Positions 1-9,453 of a DNA stretch of 64,000 nucleotides are shown one piece after another. Within the stretch, counting starts at the first letter, position 1; every line of letters begins with the position of its first letter. A program made the translations under genes and the position numbers. The notes under the pieces are model-generated. The model did not search any database, was not told where the DNA came from, and saw nothing but the letters and a program-made list of their open reading frames with translations. This DNA is from an uncultured archaeon. GTDB lineage: Archaea > Thermoplasmatota > Penumbrarchaeia > JASLWR01. The DNA is taken from assembly GCA_964342815.1 (NCBI GenBank), contig CAYFHS010000002.1:120790-184789 (forward strand), read 5' to 3'.

Positions 1-2
1 AA

Positions 3-557
3 CCCGTAGTGGAGAAAAGCAGAAGGTCCAGAAGAAGACGTGAGAAAAAGGTGTCCGAGAAAGAGAGCTGGGAACCAAAACCACCGGAAGAAGTGGAAGA
101 ACCGGTCGTGGAGAAAAGCAGAAGGTCGAGAAGAAGACAAGAGAAAAAGAAGTCCGAGGAAGAGAGCTGGGAACCAGAACCACCGGAAGAAGTGGAAAAA
201 CCGATAGTCGAAAAAAGCAGAAAGTCCAGAAGAAGACGTGAGAAAAAGGTGTCCGAGAAAGAGAGCTGGGAACTAGAACCGCCCGAAGAAGAAGTTAAAC
301 CGGTGGAAAAGAAGTCAAGAAGGTCCAGAAGAAGGCGCAATAAAAACGAGGAGGAAGAAGAAAGCTGGGGGGCGGAAGAAAACAAAAATGAGAAAAAACC
401 AGAGAAAACAACTGGTAGAAGGCGGCGGGGAAAAAGAAAATCGAAGAACACAACCGTGGATTGCCCCAGATGTAATCGAGAGATCGAGGTTAATTTCGAT
501 GTACTGCCTGTTAGGCTGGAATGTCCGTACTGTGGGGCCACGGGGACAGTTGGATGA
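3..557 (+). CDS. 5'-truncated hypothetical protein: charged 33-aa tandem repeats plus C-terminal CxxC...CPxCG zinc ribbon
   Basis: Frame is open to the window start. Repeats read EKSRRSRRRREKKVSEKESWEPKPPEEVEEPVV. Ends CPRCNREIEVNFDVLPVRLECPYCG, stop TGA 555-557. Confidence 0.8.
   Translation, partial: PVVEKSRRSRRRREKKVSEKESWEPKPPEEVEEPVVEKSRRSRRRQEKKKSEEESWEPEPPEEVEKPIVEKSRKSRRRREKKVSEKESWELEPPEEEVKPVEKKSRRSRRRRNKNEEEEESWGAEENKNEKKPEKTTGRRRRGKRKSKNTTVDCPRCNREIEVNFDVLPVRLECPYCGATGTVG
9..340 (+). repeat. In-frame 99-bp tandem repeat, about 3.5 copies
   Basis: Units start at 9, 108, 207 and about 306 (GTGGAGAAAAGCAGAAGGTCCAGAAGAAGAC...); the fourth copy is degenerate. Confidence 0.9.
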
Positions 558-598
558 TAAGCTTACGTTCATTAAAACAATACTAAAAGAGGATTACA

Positions 599-1783
599 AT
601 GAAATATTGTATCGAATGCGGCACCGAGACAAAGTATGACGCTCGAGAATGCTCGAGATGCTATCATCGTGTGGATGAGTTCTACACCAGAACACTCACC
701 GATCGTAAAAAAAAGCACCTGAACATTTTGAAGGCAAGAGAGGGTTTTATTTCCGGTGATTATGAAAATTCCGTGCGGCTGCTCTCCGAAATCGCCATGA
801 AGGAGCCCAAGAACATTAACATACTGTATGGTCTTGGACGTTCGCTCACGAATACCACCGATTATTCTAGAGCAATGCAGATTTACGACAGGGCTCTGAG
901 TATAAGGCCCGATGCGGTCAATATCCTATTCGCAAAGGGAATGTGCTACATGGAGCTGGGGGACCTGAAAGAGGCAAAGAAATGTTTCGTACGCAGCCTG
1001 GAACTGGAACCCATATTCAAGAATGCTCGGAATATGATGAAAAAATGCGAGGAGGGGCTGGAAAAACAGCATGATAATATCGTGCAGGTACAAATGAAAG
1101 GATTAATGAAACCCCAACCCGTGGAAGAACCGGCTGCCCCGGCGAAAACTAACTTAAAAGAATCTCATAGGGGCGGCAAAGATTACATTTGCGGCACATG
1201 CAGCTCGCCAGTTAGTTTCGAGGACCAGTACCAGATGTGGTGGTGCAACAGCTGCTCACGCTATGTGGAAGACGACATGGTGGAACCTGATCTTGGATTA
1301 TCCAAGGTAGGGGCTGAATATACATGCAAAAAATGCAGTGGTGTACTGGTGTACGTAGATGAGTACCAGAGATGGTGGTGTGACGCATGCAGGAGATATG
1401 TCGGTGATGATATCGAATCCGAAGAAGAATATGAACAGATGGAACACTCGCCTACTAGTGCCGTGGATCACAGAGCTCAAGCCGCCGGGCATCAACATGA
1501 GAGGAAAAGAGGATTTTCACAAGACCCCACCTGCGATAGTTGTAAAGGAGCAATGCGTTACATAGATACCTATAAAATGTGGTGGTGTGACCGATGTGAA
1601 AAATACCTGGGCGAGGAAGAGGAAAAAACAGCTCAAAGCTCCGGTATACAATCATATGCCGGGCGGAGGCAGGAAACACCCTCGGCACAACCTCATTACC
1701 CCTGCCGTGAATGCGGGACCATTCTGAAGTTCGTTGAGCAGTACCAGAGATGGTGGTGCGACGGCTGCGGCGGATATATCTGA
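599..1783 (+). CDS. TPR protein with an N-terminal zinc ribbon and four C-terminal CxxC-x(10-11)-WWCxxC zinc-finger repeats
   Basis: N-terminal CIECG...CSRC. TPR-like helices (LYGLGRSLTNTTDYSRAMQIYDRAL; LFAKGMCYMELGDLKEAKKCFVRSLELEP). Four motifs of the type CxxCxxxLxYxxQYQRWWCDxCxxY. Confidence 0.85.
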   Translation: MKYCIECGTETKYDARECSRCYHRVDEFYTRTLTDRKKKHLNILKAREGFISGDYENSVRLLSEIAMKEPKNINILYGLGRSLTNTTDYSRAMQIYDRALSIRPDAVNILFAKGMCYMELGDLKEAKKCFVRSLELEPIFKNARNMMKKCEEGLEKQHDNIVQVQMKGLMKPQPVEEPAAPAKTNLKESHRGGKDYICGTCSSPVSFEDQYQMWWCNSCSRYVEDDMVEPDLGLSKVGAEYTCKKCSGVLVYVDEYQRWWCDACRRYVGDDIESEEEYEQMEHSPTSAVDHRAQAAGHQHERKRGFSQDPTCDSCKGAMRYIDTYKMWWCDRCEKYLGEEEEKTAQSSGIQSYAGRRQETPSAQPHYPCRECGTILKFVEQYQRWWCDGCGGYI

Positions 1784-1857
1784 TCACAGATAAATTCCTC
1801 GGTTACATATTATTTTCCATAACTGTCACCATTCCGGATGTGGACAGGTGAAATGAG

Positions 1858-4800
1858 ATGAACGTCAAGAAAGAGGGATGCAGGTATTGGCCGGTTTTTT
1901 TCATTTTAATTTCCATCAGCCTCATCTGCTCAGAACCCTTTACCGGTTCCGCCAACCCGTCCTCATTCTTGAAAAGTTCATCTTCTTCACGGGCCAGCGG
2001 ACCGGACCTCGAAGTAAGCTCCGCCAACATTTCCGTCCTCCCCGCACCGCTAAAGGTTGGGGACACCGGTTTTATCACTGCGGAGGTGTTCAACATCGGA
2101 AATGAGGCCGCCGCCCTCGTCAATGTATCATTCAGCATAGATAACATAACTCTGGGTTCTCCTATGATTATACCGTTAATATCGGGGAATTCAAGCGAGA
2201 ATATAACAAAGATGTGGCAGCCTACGGCTCCTGGTAACCACTCCATCCAGGTGGAAATCGATAAAGGGGATTTTATTCCAGAACTGGACGAAGACAACAA
2301 CGCAGCCAGTATCGAAGTTTTCGTGGCAACCGCATTGAACATAGCTCCTTCAGTGAACATTACCCATCCCAGGGACAGAGAAAAGGTAAGCGGAACAGTT
2401 CTGATTTCCGGGACTGCATCCGACAGTCCCATGGATACCAACGAACTGACGGGAGTGAAAGTGAGTATCGATTCCGGAGATTACCAAGAGGCCACGGGGC
2501 TCAATGCCTGGGAATATCAGTGGGATACCACTTCATACAGCGAGGGACTGCACACCATAAACGCAATATCCCATGACGATGAAGACAATTCCGTGGTCCG
2601 ATCCATCGAAGTGATCGTGGACAATGATCAGTCAAACCAGGCTCCCGTGGCAGTTATATCATCTCCCCAGAGGTTGAGCAATTTCTCCGTTAACGAAACT
2701 ATCTTTTTCAAGGGCGACAATTCCTCCGACCCCGATCTCGGACCAAATGAAATGAACTTTACCTGGGACATGGGCGACGGCAGCATTGTCTGGGGTGCGA
2801 ACATCAACTACAGTTACAGTGAAATCGTACCTTTCATCACGGTTACACTGAGGGTATACGACGGGGATCAGGAGGATTCCGCATCAATACAGATATTCAT
2901 AAACAATACTCCCCCGGTTGCCGTAGCCGGTAATAACAGAACGGCCGAGATAGGGGAGATGATCACCTTCAACGGCTCGAACTCATATGATCCCGATGAG
3001 CCATTCGACCAAATAAGCAAGTACCAGTGGAACATGGGTAATGGCGATGTTCTGGAGGGAGAGGTGGTGCAGTATAGCTATAACGAAGGCGGTGGCGAGT
3101 ATACTGTGGTTCTCACGGTGTCGGACGGCGACAGCTCGGACAACGATTCCCTGGTTGTAAGCCTTAACAATACCATACCTGTCGCATTGCTAAAGCTGCC
3201 ATCTCGGACCGTTTATGCCAATGTTGATCTGTACTTCGACGGTAGTGATTCACATGACCCTGATGGTGAAATAATCGAATATTATTTCGATTTCGGCGAT
3301 GGTTATTCAACTGGGTGGAGCGCATACCAGGGCAGCAATCATACCTATCGTGAATCCGGAGAATATGCCCCCAGATTGAAGGTTAAGGATTCCAAAGGCG
3401 GCATCAGCCTATGGAACAGCATGGAAATTACCGTTCTGCCTGCTCCAAACAACAAGCCTTTGGTGCAAATCGATGCACCTCTCGAAGGGGCCGTGGTGGC
3501 GTCACCTCTAATAGTGGAAGGAACAAGCAGCGACCCGGATATGACGGATAAAGTGGAAAAAGTAGAGGTAAGCCTGAGAGGAACAACGATCCTTGCCAAA
3601 CCTATTTACGGTCAAGACCTAGGAGAATGGCGGGCAAGTTTCGAGGATATCGGCGACATGGAAAACGGCTCCGCAAGATTAGAGGTCCGGGCCTTTGACG
3701 GCAAGGGATATTCCGAGCCGGCAGTACTGAACGTCATAATAAACAACGACGAGCCCGAATTTATTGACATCACCGTTATGGATCATACTTCCGAGGCATT
3801 CCCCGGGGACAATATTGATGTATACGGGCAGGCCAAGTACGATACGGGTGTCGCAGTATTGGGATCCACTGTCACAGCCTCATTGTACGGTAGCACAAAA
3901 ACAGTCAAAAGCGATTCGAACGGTTTTTTTTCTCTTACAATTTCCGCCCCAATGGAGTCAGGGTTGGTTTCTCTTGAGATTAGCGTGGAGAACGGCACTC
4001 TTGCGGGAAACACTTCCGAGACCATTCTTGTATACAGCACGGAATTCTCCGTGGACGACGACTCAATAAAACTTTATCGGGATGAAACGGAGGTAATCGG
4101 TTACAACGATGCGGTTCGTGTGGGGGAGACCGTTGAGATCAGGGTCACGGTAGATTTCTACAGCGATGCAACGGAGGGGCCGAGCTTTACGGCCACGGTC
4201 AACGTAACGCAGATCTCCGACGGAGTGAACAATGATAATCTGGAGAACGAGAGCATCAGTTTTATCCCCGACGGAAAAGAACAATCAAAAACACTGACAA
4301 TTACATGGAGTCCGGAAGAAGGAAGCCATACCATCAACGTGAAGGTCGAAGCTGCGGGTGATACCTCCGAGAATGACGATCTCGGATCGCGAACATTCAC
4401 CGTAAGAGAGAAAATAATACTGGCCGACTTCAAGGTCACTGACATACAGCTTCCGGGGACTAACCTGCGGGACGGCGAATTCGTTACCGTTTCCATTACA
4501 GTGGTCAACGATGGGGACGCAAGCGGTTTCGTAAACGTTTCTCTGTACCAGGGAAGGGAGAATCCCGCCGATTTGATCGACCAAAAGACTGACATATTCT
4601 TGAGTCAAAATGCGGAACAGAAGATATTGATCAACTGGCAGGTGGAAAGCGGTTATATAGAGCTGATGGCGGTGGTGGACAGTTCCCTCGAAGAGGCCTC
4701 GAAGGACAATAATCGTTACAGCACCAGCGTACGGGTCTATCCACCTGAAGACGTTCAAAAAGAAGAATCGAGCCAGGCCATAACCGTGGCGGTCATCGGG

Positions 4801-4923
4801 GGCATTCTGGTCATAGCGGCAGCGGCATGGGCTTTTTACCGGAAAAAAGAGGCGGAGGAAGCTGAAAGCGTTGAAGCTATCTCGGACATTGATGTCGAAG
4901 AAGAGGACGGCGACGAATTTTGA
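1858..4923 (+). CDS. Secreted, membrane-anchored CARDB + Ig-like + PKD-domain surface protein
   Basis: N-terminal hydrophobic signal. CARDB motifs (PDLEVSSANISV...PELDEDNNAAS; DFKVTDI...DNNRYS). Three PKD motifs (FTWDMGDG, YQWNMGNG, YYFDFGDG). C-terminal TM (AVIGGILVIAAAAWAFY) and acidic tail. Confidence 0.9.
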   Translation: MNVKKEGCRYWPVFFILISISLICSEPFTGSANPSSFLKSSSSSRASGPDLEVSSANISVLPAPLKVGDTGFITAEVFNIGNEAAALVNVSFSIDNITLGSPMIIPLISGNSSENITKMWQPTAPGNHSIQVEIDKGDFIPELDEDNNAASIEVFVATALNIAPSVNITHPRDREKVSGTVLISGTASDSPMDTNELTGVKVSIDSGDYQEATGLNAWEYQWDTTSYSEGLHTINAISHDDEDNSVVRSIEVIVDNDQSNQAPVAVISSPQRLSNFSVNETIFFKGDNSSDPDLGPNEMNFTWDMGDGSIVWGANINYSYSEIVPFITVTLRVYDGDQEDSASIQIFINNTPPVAVAGNNRTAEIGEMITFNGSNSYDPDEPFDQISKYQWNMGNGDVLEGEVVQYSYNEGGGEYTVVLTVSDGDSSDNDSLVVSLNNTIPVALLKLPSRTVYANVDLYFDGSDSHDPDGEIIEYYFDFGDGYSTGWSAYQGSNHTYRESGEYAPRLKVKDSKGGISLWNSMEITVLPAPNNKPLVQIDAPLEGAVVASPLIVEGTSSDPDMTDKVEKVEVSLRGTTILAKPIYGQDLGEWRASFEDIGDMENGSARLEVRAFDGKGYSEPAVLNVIINNDEPEFIDITVMDHTSEAFPGDNIDVYGQAKYDTGVAVLGSTVTASLYGSTKTVKSDSNGFFSLTISAPMESGLVSLEISVENGTLAGNTSETILVYSTEFSVDDDSIKLYRDETEVIGYNDAVRVGETVEIRVTVDFYSDATEGPSFTATVNVTQISDGVNNDNLENESISFIPDGKEQSKTLTITWSPEEGSHTINVKVEAAGDTSENDDLGSRTFTVREKIILADFKVTDIQLPGTNLRDGEFVTVSITVVNDGDASGFVNVSLYQGRENPADLIDQKTDIFLSQNAEQKILINWQVESGYIELMAVVDSSLEEASKDNNRYSTSVRVYPPEDVQKEESSQAITVAVIGGILVIAAAAWAFYRKKEAEEAESVEAISDIDVEEEDGDEF

Positions 4924-4939
4924 GTTTCGTGAGCTTATA

Positions 4940-6055
4940 TCATGGTCTTCTCGGGCACGGGGGTAAAGTGATCTTTTCGCATAATCCCGGTGCTTGAGAG
5001 TCCATACATACTTTCGGATCACAGCACGTATGACAGACCCTTTTAAACGCTTTGTAGGAGATCAGTTCGATATCTGGTGATAAAAAATCGGATTTTATTG
5101 GTTCTTCACGCAGCAGGTCCGTGCTCAGATATTTTTTGTTGTCATCGGGAAGGATGGTCACAACTATCTTTTCACTCCCGTAGATATTCTGAAGCAGAAC
5201 TGCGCCCAGGAAATTCGCTCCAGATGATATACCCACGCCCAAGCCCAGGTCACGAGATAATTTTTGAGCCATTATTATGGAATCGCCGTCATCGACGCTG
5301 ATGATTCCATACAGGCCCTCCAAACTCAAAATTTCCGGAATGAACTCATCGGATATACCCTGGATACGATGTTTGCCGATCTTGTGTCCAGTGGACAATG
5401 TTGGAGAATTCGACGGCTCCAAGGGATGCAATTTTATTTTCGGATTTTTCCAGCGCAGGAACTTTCCGGCGCCCATTATGGTACCACCGGTTCCGACTCC
5501 GGCAATAAATGCGTCGGGATGTCGGGAACGATAACCCAGCTGCCACCAGATCTCCGGTCCCGTGGTAAGACAATGTGCCTCGATGTTATCTTCATTGGAA
5601 AATTGCCGGGGCAGGAAGGTACCGTCCATGGTCTCGGCCAATTTTTCGGCTTTCTCAATACTGCCAATGAATCCACCTTCCTCATGGCTTACCAATCTGA
5701 TCTCGGCTCCCAGACTTTTAATAAGATTCTTCCGCTCGACGCTCATCCAATCAGGCATAAAAATAATAACGGGATGACCCAAAGCGCGGCCTATGGCGGT
5801 AAAAGCAATTCCTGTGTTACCACTTGTGGCCTCAATTATCACATCGTCGGGTTTGAGTGTTCCTCTTTTATAACCCTGTTTTATTATGTGAAATGCCATT
5901 CTGTCTTTTATGCTGCCGGTCATGTTCAGATTTTCGGCTTTCGCATAAATAATTCTTTTTTGACCCTGAAAGGTATATTGAATGGCCAGAAGCGGTGTAT
6001 TGCCTATGAGAGAGGATAGACCGTTTATCTTGGCGTCCAGCTCACCAGCAGTCAT
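4940..6055 (-). CDS. cysK: PLP-dependent cysteine synthase family protein with a Cys-rich C-terminal extension
   Basis: [20 protein letters not shown] (PLP lysine), [34 protein letters not shown]. Confidence 0.9.
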   Translation of the reverse strand: MTAGELDAKINGLSSLIGNTPLLAIQYTFQGQKRIIYAKAENLNMTGSIKDRMAFHIIKQGYKRGTLKPDDVIIEATSGNTGIAFTAIGRALGHPVIIFMPDWMSVERKNLIKSLGAEIRLVSHEEGGFIGSIEKAEKLAETMDGTFLPRQFSNEDNIEAHCLTTGPEIWWQLGYRSRHPDAFIAGVGTGGTIMGAGKFLRWKNPKIKLHPLEPSNSPTLSTGHKIGKHRIQGISDEFIPEILSLEGLYGIISVDDGDSIIMAQKLSRDLGLGVGISSGANFLGAVLLQNIYGSEKIVVTILPDDNKKYLSTDLLREEPIKSDFLSPDIELISYKAFKRVCHTCCDPKVCMDSQAPGLCEKITLPPCPRRP

Positions 6056-6142
6056 TATTTTTTACACCGAATCTCCACAATGTATCGATTTATTTTATAA
6101 TTTTTCTTCAGAGATTTTTCCGCGATTCTCTCATTATCTGTT

Positions 6143-9136
6143 CTACTCTCCCGCCCCGTCACTATCCCCATCCCCATCCTTTCCAACCCTCCCAAGATCA
6201 TCCATCGCACCATTTTCTATCTCCTCCTCATCTATCCCACTCCTCTTCCGACCAAACACCACTACCCCAATCACCACAAACATCAACATCACACACAAAA
6301 TTACCACTATCCACCATAGATTATACCACGCATCTCCATCATCCTCCTTCCCCCGGTCCCCATCATCGGGCCCGGTCCAGTTCTCCCAATGATCGATACC
6401 CCATCTCTCTGGATCATCGGGATAAGGGTCCTCGTCGTTGGGGTACCCGTCGCCATCGCGGTCGAATGGTGTTGAGAGTGGATTGTTTGGATTGGAGCCC
6501 TGTGAGAGTTCAAAAGTGTCGTTGTAGGTATCGTTGTCGGAATCGATTTCTGGTTCTATTTGTGGGGATAGTTCCAGAACTGTGATATTAAGTGTGTCAT
6601 TAGCCCAGTTTCCGGCCTTGTCTGAAAAGTCCATGATTACGACGTATATTCCAGGTATATCAAACCTGAAATGCGGAACCGAGGACCGCCAGGTAAAAAT
6701 TATTATTTCAGTTCCATTATAATTAAAAGTCCACGTCAAATTCCATAGCCAGACGTCATTCGTCAAATTTTGAATTAGATTTAAAAAGAAAACGGTTTCC
6801 GATTGGTTGATTATGATGTCAGGACCTGCGTTTGCGATGGGCGGCGTGATGTCTCGGACGGTGACGTTAAGTGTGTCGGTGGCCCAGTTGCCTTGGGCAT
6901 CCGATATATTAAGAGTAATCGGATAATTGCCAGATTCGTCAAATACAAATTCAGCGGTCTTTCCATATAGAAATACATCCAATCCATCGTATGTGAATAC
7001 CCAAGTATAGTTAGTAATAGCGACATTACCAGAACAATTGGATGCATTTAGGTAGGCAACCTGGTGTTGATCGAGGCGTATGTCGGGCCCAGCATCGGCA
7101 ATTGGCAGATCCGAATCAATAACATCAATGGATATCGTTTGCTCACCAGAATTAAATTCATTATCCCATACCTCCAACATAACTAAATATTTCCCTATAT
7201 TGTCAAAAGTAAAAGAAATCTCAAATCCATTTCCCGTACCCATTGCTACAACTGGATAAACATCAATTTTTATTATTTCCCATTCATAGGTCATTATTCC
7301 TACATTATCTGTACTATTCCTACCGTCAAATGAAAAATTAGCATGCTGAGGACATCGAAATACTCCATTATCCCAAGTTCCCAGACTTTCATCGAACTTG
7401 ATTACTGCAACCGGTGGATCGACATCCCATACTGTAATAATTGAAGTTGCAGTATCGCGATTTCCCTGGGTATTTGTCACGGTCAATGATATCTTGTGCA
7501 CACCTGCCTCATGGAATGTGAATTTGGGAGAGATTCCGAATAAACGGATGTGTTTTCCATTGTAGTTGAGATCCCAGGTATAGTTCACAATACCCAGGCA
7601 ATCGAATGAATGGGACCCGGAGAAATGAAATGTCTCATGCTGGGCTATTGCGATAGGTGGGCCAATCATGGCAACCGGATAATACATCTCTTCACCGATT
7701 GGATTCACAAGAGGAAAGTAGTCTTTGGCTCCGTAATCACTGTCCAATCCATAGGGCTGATTCCATATAGAACCATTTTGATGTGCCGAAGGATATCTAG
7801 ATGAATAATCGGACCAGTAATTGCCTTCTCCGAATGAATCGTTCCATGAATTCATTTGCCCATAATCTGCTGCTTGTTTCCACCCAGAACCGGAATTGTT
7901 GAATAAATTGTTATGATGAATGCGATTGAATTTTGTATTATCAAGATTATCTGAATCGTCCTCAAAGTGTATTCCTCCACAATTCGAATCTCTAAAGGTA
8001 TTCCCAATAATTGAATTATAAGATGATGTTCTAATAATAAATAGAACATAATTTTTAAAACTATTATGAGATATGACATTATAGGAGCTTGACATGATCA
8101 TGCCATATTTGGCAATACGATTGCGAAATATCACATTATATTTACCTTCCCAAATATTAATCGCACCTAGAAAGCCCCCAATGCAATTATTATCTTGAAT
8201 TCTACATCGAGAAGATTCATATAAATATACGCCATGATTACTAGAATACATAAGATTATTATTTTTCACTTCATTATCATTGGAGAAAAAAAGTGCTACT
8301 CCACTACATATTCCAGACAAGGCACCTTTGCTATAGGAGCGATTGCAGTAGTTAGATAGGATTGAGTTATTATTTGAATAGACAAGATATATACCTGTTC
8401 CAAACTCCTCTTCATGTGTAGGGACGTTAACTTTTGTTGGCCATCCACCATTATCAATGCATATGTTCTCTGATATCAAACTATTATTCGTATTATTAAA
8501 CACTATACCAGACCAAGTATTATTACTGCAAGTATTTTGTGTGATCTGGTTACTTGTAGATTCATTTAGAAAAATCCCAATTCCTGTAGTATAACCATAG
8601 TAATCATCACCAGTTCCTTCCGAATCACATATATTGTTGGAGACAACTGTATTGGATACATTGCGAAGAGCAATTCCGCAATAGGAATTATTACTACAAT
8701 TGTTCCAGGATATGTTACAGTGATTCACATTTTCGAGATATATTCCGATTCCTTCAAATGGAATTAAACTTCCGGTTACATTGAAACCAGTTACATTTAC
8801 ATAATTGGAAAAAATCGTTATAATCCGACCTTCTCCCATAATAGTTGTTGCACCGATTGACTCACCTGAAAGAGTGATTGATTTATTGATGACAATGTTT
8901 TCATAATACGTCCCTGCCTCCACAAAAATCTTATCCCCCTCACTGGCATTATCTATTGCCCACTGTATGTGTGTGTAATCACCCCCGCCCGATGCGTTCA
9001 CGATGATCGTGCTTCGTGTGTAGATCACCTCCTCCGCACCGGACATTGATGGTTCCATGGGAGGGAGAGGGATGACTGTAAGTACAAGAGCAATCATCAA
9101 CAGATATGTAGTAACTTTTCTTCCAGGACAGGCCAT
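6143..9136 (-). CDS. NosD/right-handed beta-helix + PKD surface protein with C-terminal TM anchor
   Basis: DYTHIQWAIDNA cap, repeated NNxCxxN beta-helix coils, GNYWSDY motif, four PKD-like domains (YTWDL, YEWEI, YTWVF, LTWTF), DxDGDG motif, TM. Start placed at ATG 9136 behind GAGGT; the ORF track opens at 9163. Confidence 0.88.
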   Translation of the reverse strand: MACPGRKVTTYLLMIALVLTVIPLPPMEPSMSGAEEVIYTRSTIIVNASGGGDYTHIQWAIDNASEGDKIFVEAGTYYENIVINKSITLSGESIGATTIMGEGRIITIFSNYVNVTGFNVTGSLIPFEGIGIYLENVNHCNISWNNCSNNSYCGIALRNVSNTVVSNNICDSEGTGDDYYGYTTGIGIFLNESTSNQITQNTCSNNTWSGIVFNNTNNSLISENICIDNGGWPTKVNVPTHEEEFGTGIYLVYSNNNSILSNYCNRSYSKGALSGICSGVALFFSNDNEVKNNNLMYSSNHGVYLYESSRCRIQDNNCIGGFLGAINIWEGKYNVIFRNRIAKYGMIMSSSYNVISHNSFKNYVLFIIRTSSYNSIIGNTFRDSNCGGIHFEDDSDNLDNTKFNRIHHNNLFNNSGSGWKQAADYGQMNSWNDSFGEGNYWSDYSSRYPSAHQNGSIWNQPYGLDSDYGAKDYFPLVNPIGEEMYYPVAMIGPPIAIAQHETFHFSGSHSFDCLGIVNYTWDLNYNGKHIRLFGISPKFTFHEAGVHKISLTVTNTQGNRDTATSIITVWDVDPPVAVIKFDESLGTWDNGVFRCPQHANFSFDGRNSTDNVGIMTYEWEIIKIDVYPVVAMGTGNGFEISFTFDNIGKYLVMLEVWDNEFNSGEQTISIDVIDSDLPIADAGPDIRLDQHQVAYLNASNCSGNVAITNYTWVFTYDGLDVFLYGKTAEFVFDESGNYPITLNISDAQGNWATDTLNVTVRDITPPIANAGPDIIINQSETVFFLNLIQNLTNDVWLWNLTWTFNYNGTEIIIFTWRSSVPHFRFDIPGIYVVIMDFSDKAGNWANDTLNITVLELSPQIEPEIDSDNDTYNDTFELSQGSNPNNPLSTPFDRDGDGYPNDEDPYPDDPERWGIDHWENWTGPDDGDRGKEDDGDAWYNLWWIVVILCVMLMFVVIGVVVFGRKRSGIDEEEIENGAMDDLGRVGKDGDGDSDGAGE

Positions 9137-9332
9137 TAACACTACCTCGTAATGGTCTGCCATATGCTATTAGACATTATTTATAATTTCTAGAACAAAG
9201 GTCGAACAATCTTCCAAGCTTGAATGATGATTTTTTCACCCTGGTCATGTATCATGTACACATACAATAATTCTTCTGCTGGCGCAGAAGCCGGGGGCAA
9301 GCCCCCAATAATATTGATTTTATTTTTATATC

Positions 9333-9423
9333 GGGCCGCCGTTTGCTGTTGGTCGCCCGTAGGCTCACTAGCCGAGGGCTCAGGGGTATCTTTGATGCCA
9401 CGTAGTGAAACGGGAGCAGGCCC
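9333..9423 (+). ncRNA. Candidate structured element (RNA or ssDNA), 91 nt, pseudoknot-capable; family unassigned
   Basis: Pairings by eye: GGGCC/GGCCC, CCGTTT/AAACGG, GCCC-GTA-GGC-TCACTA-GCC-GA-GGGC, GGTATC-TTT-GATGCC. The loop TCACTA is complementary to TAGTGA at 9403-9408. GC-rich island between AT-rich flanks. Confidence 0.4.
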
Positions 9424-9453
9424 TCTATATTAAGAAAAGAAATCCTAGCTTCC

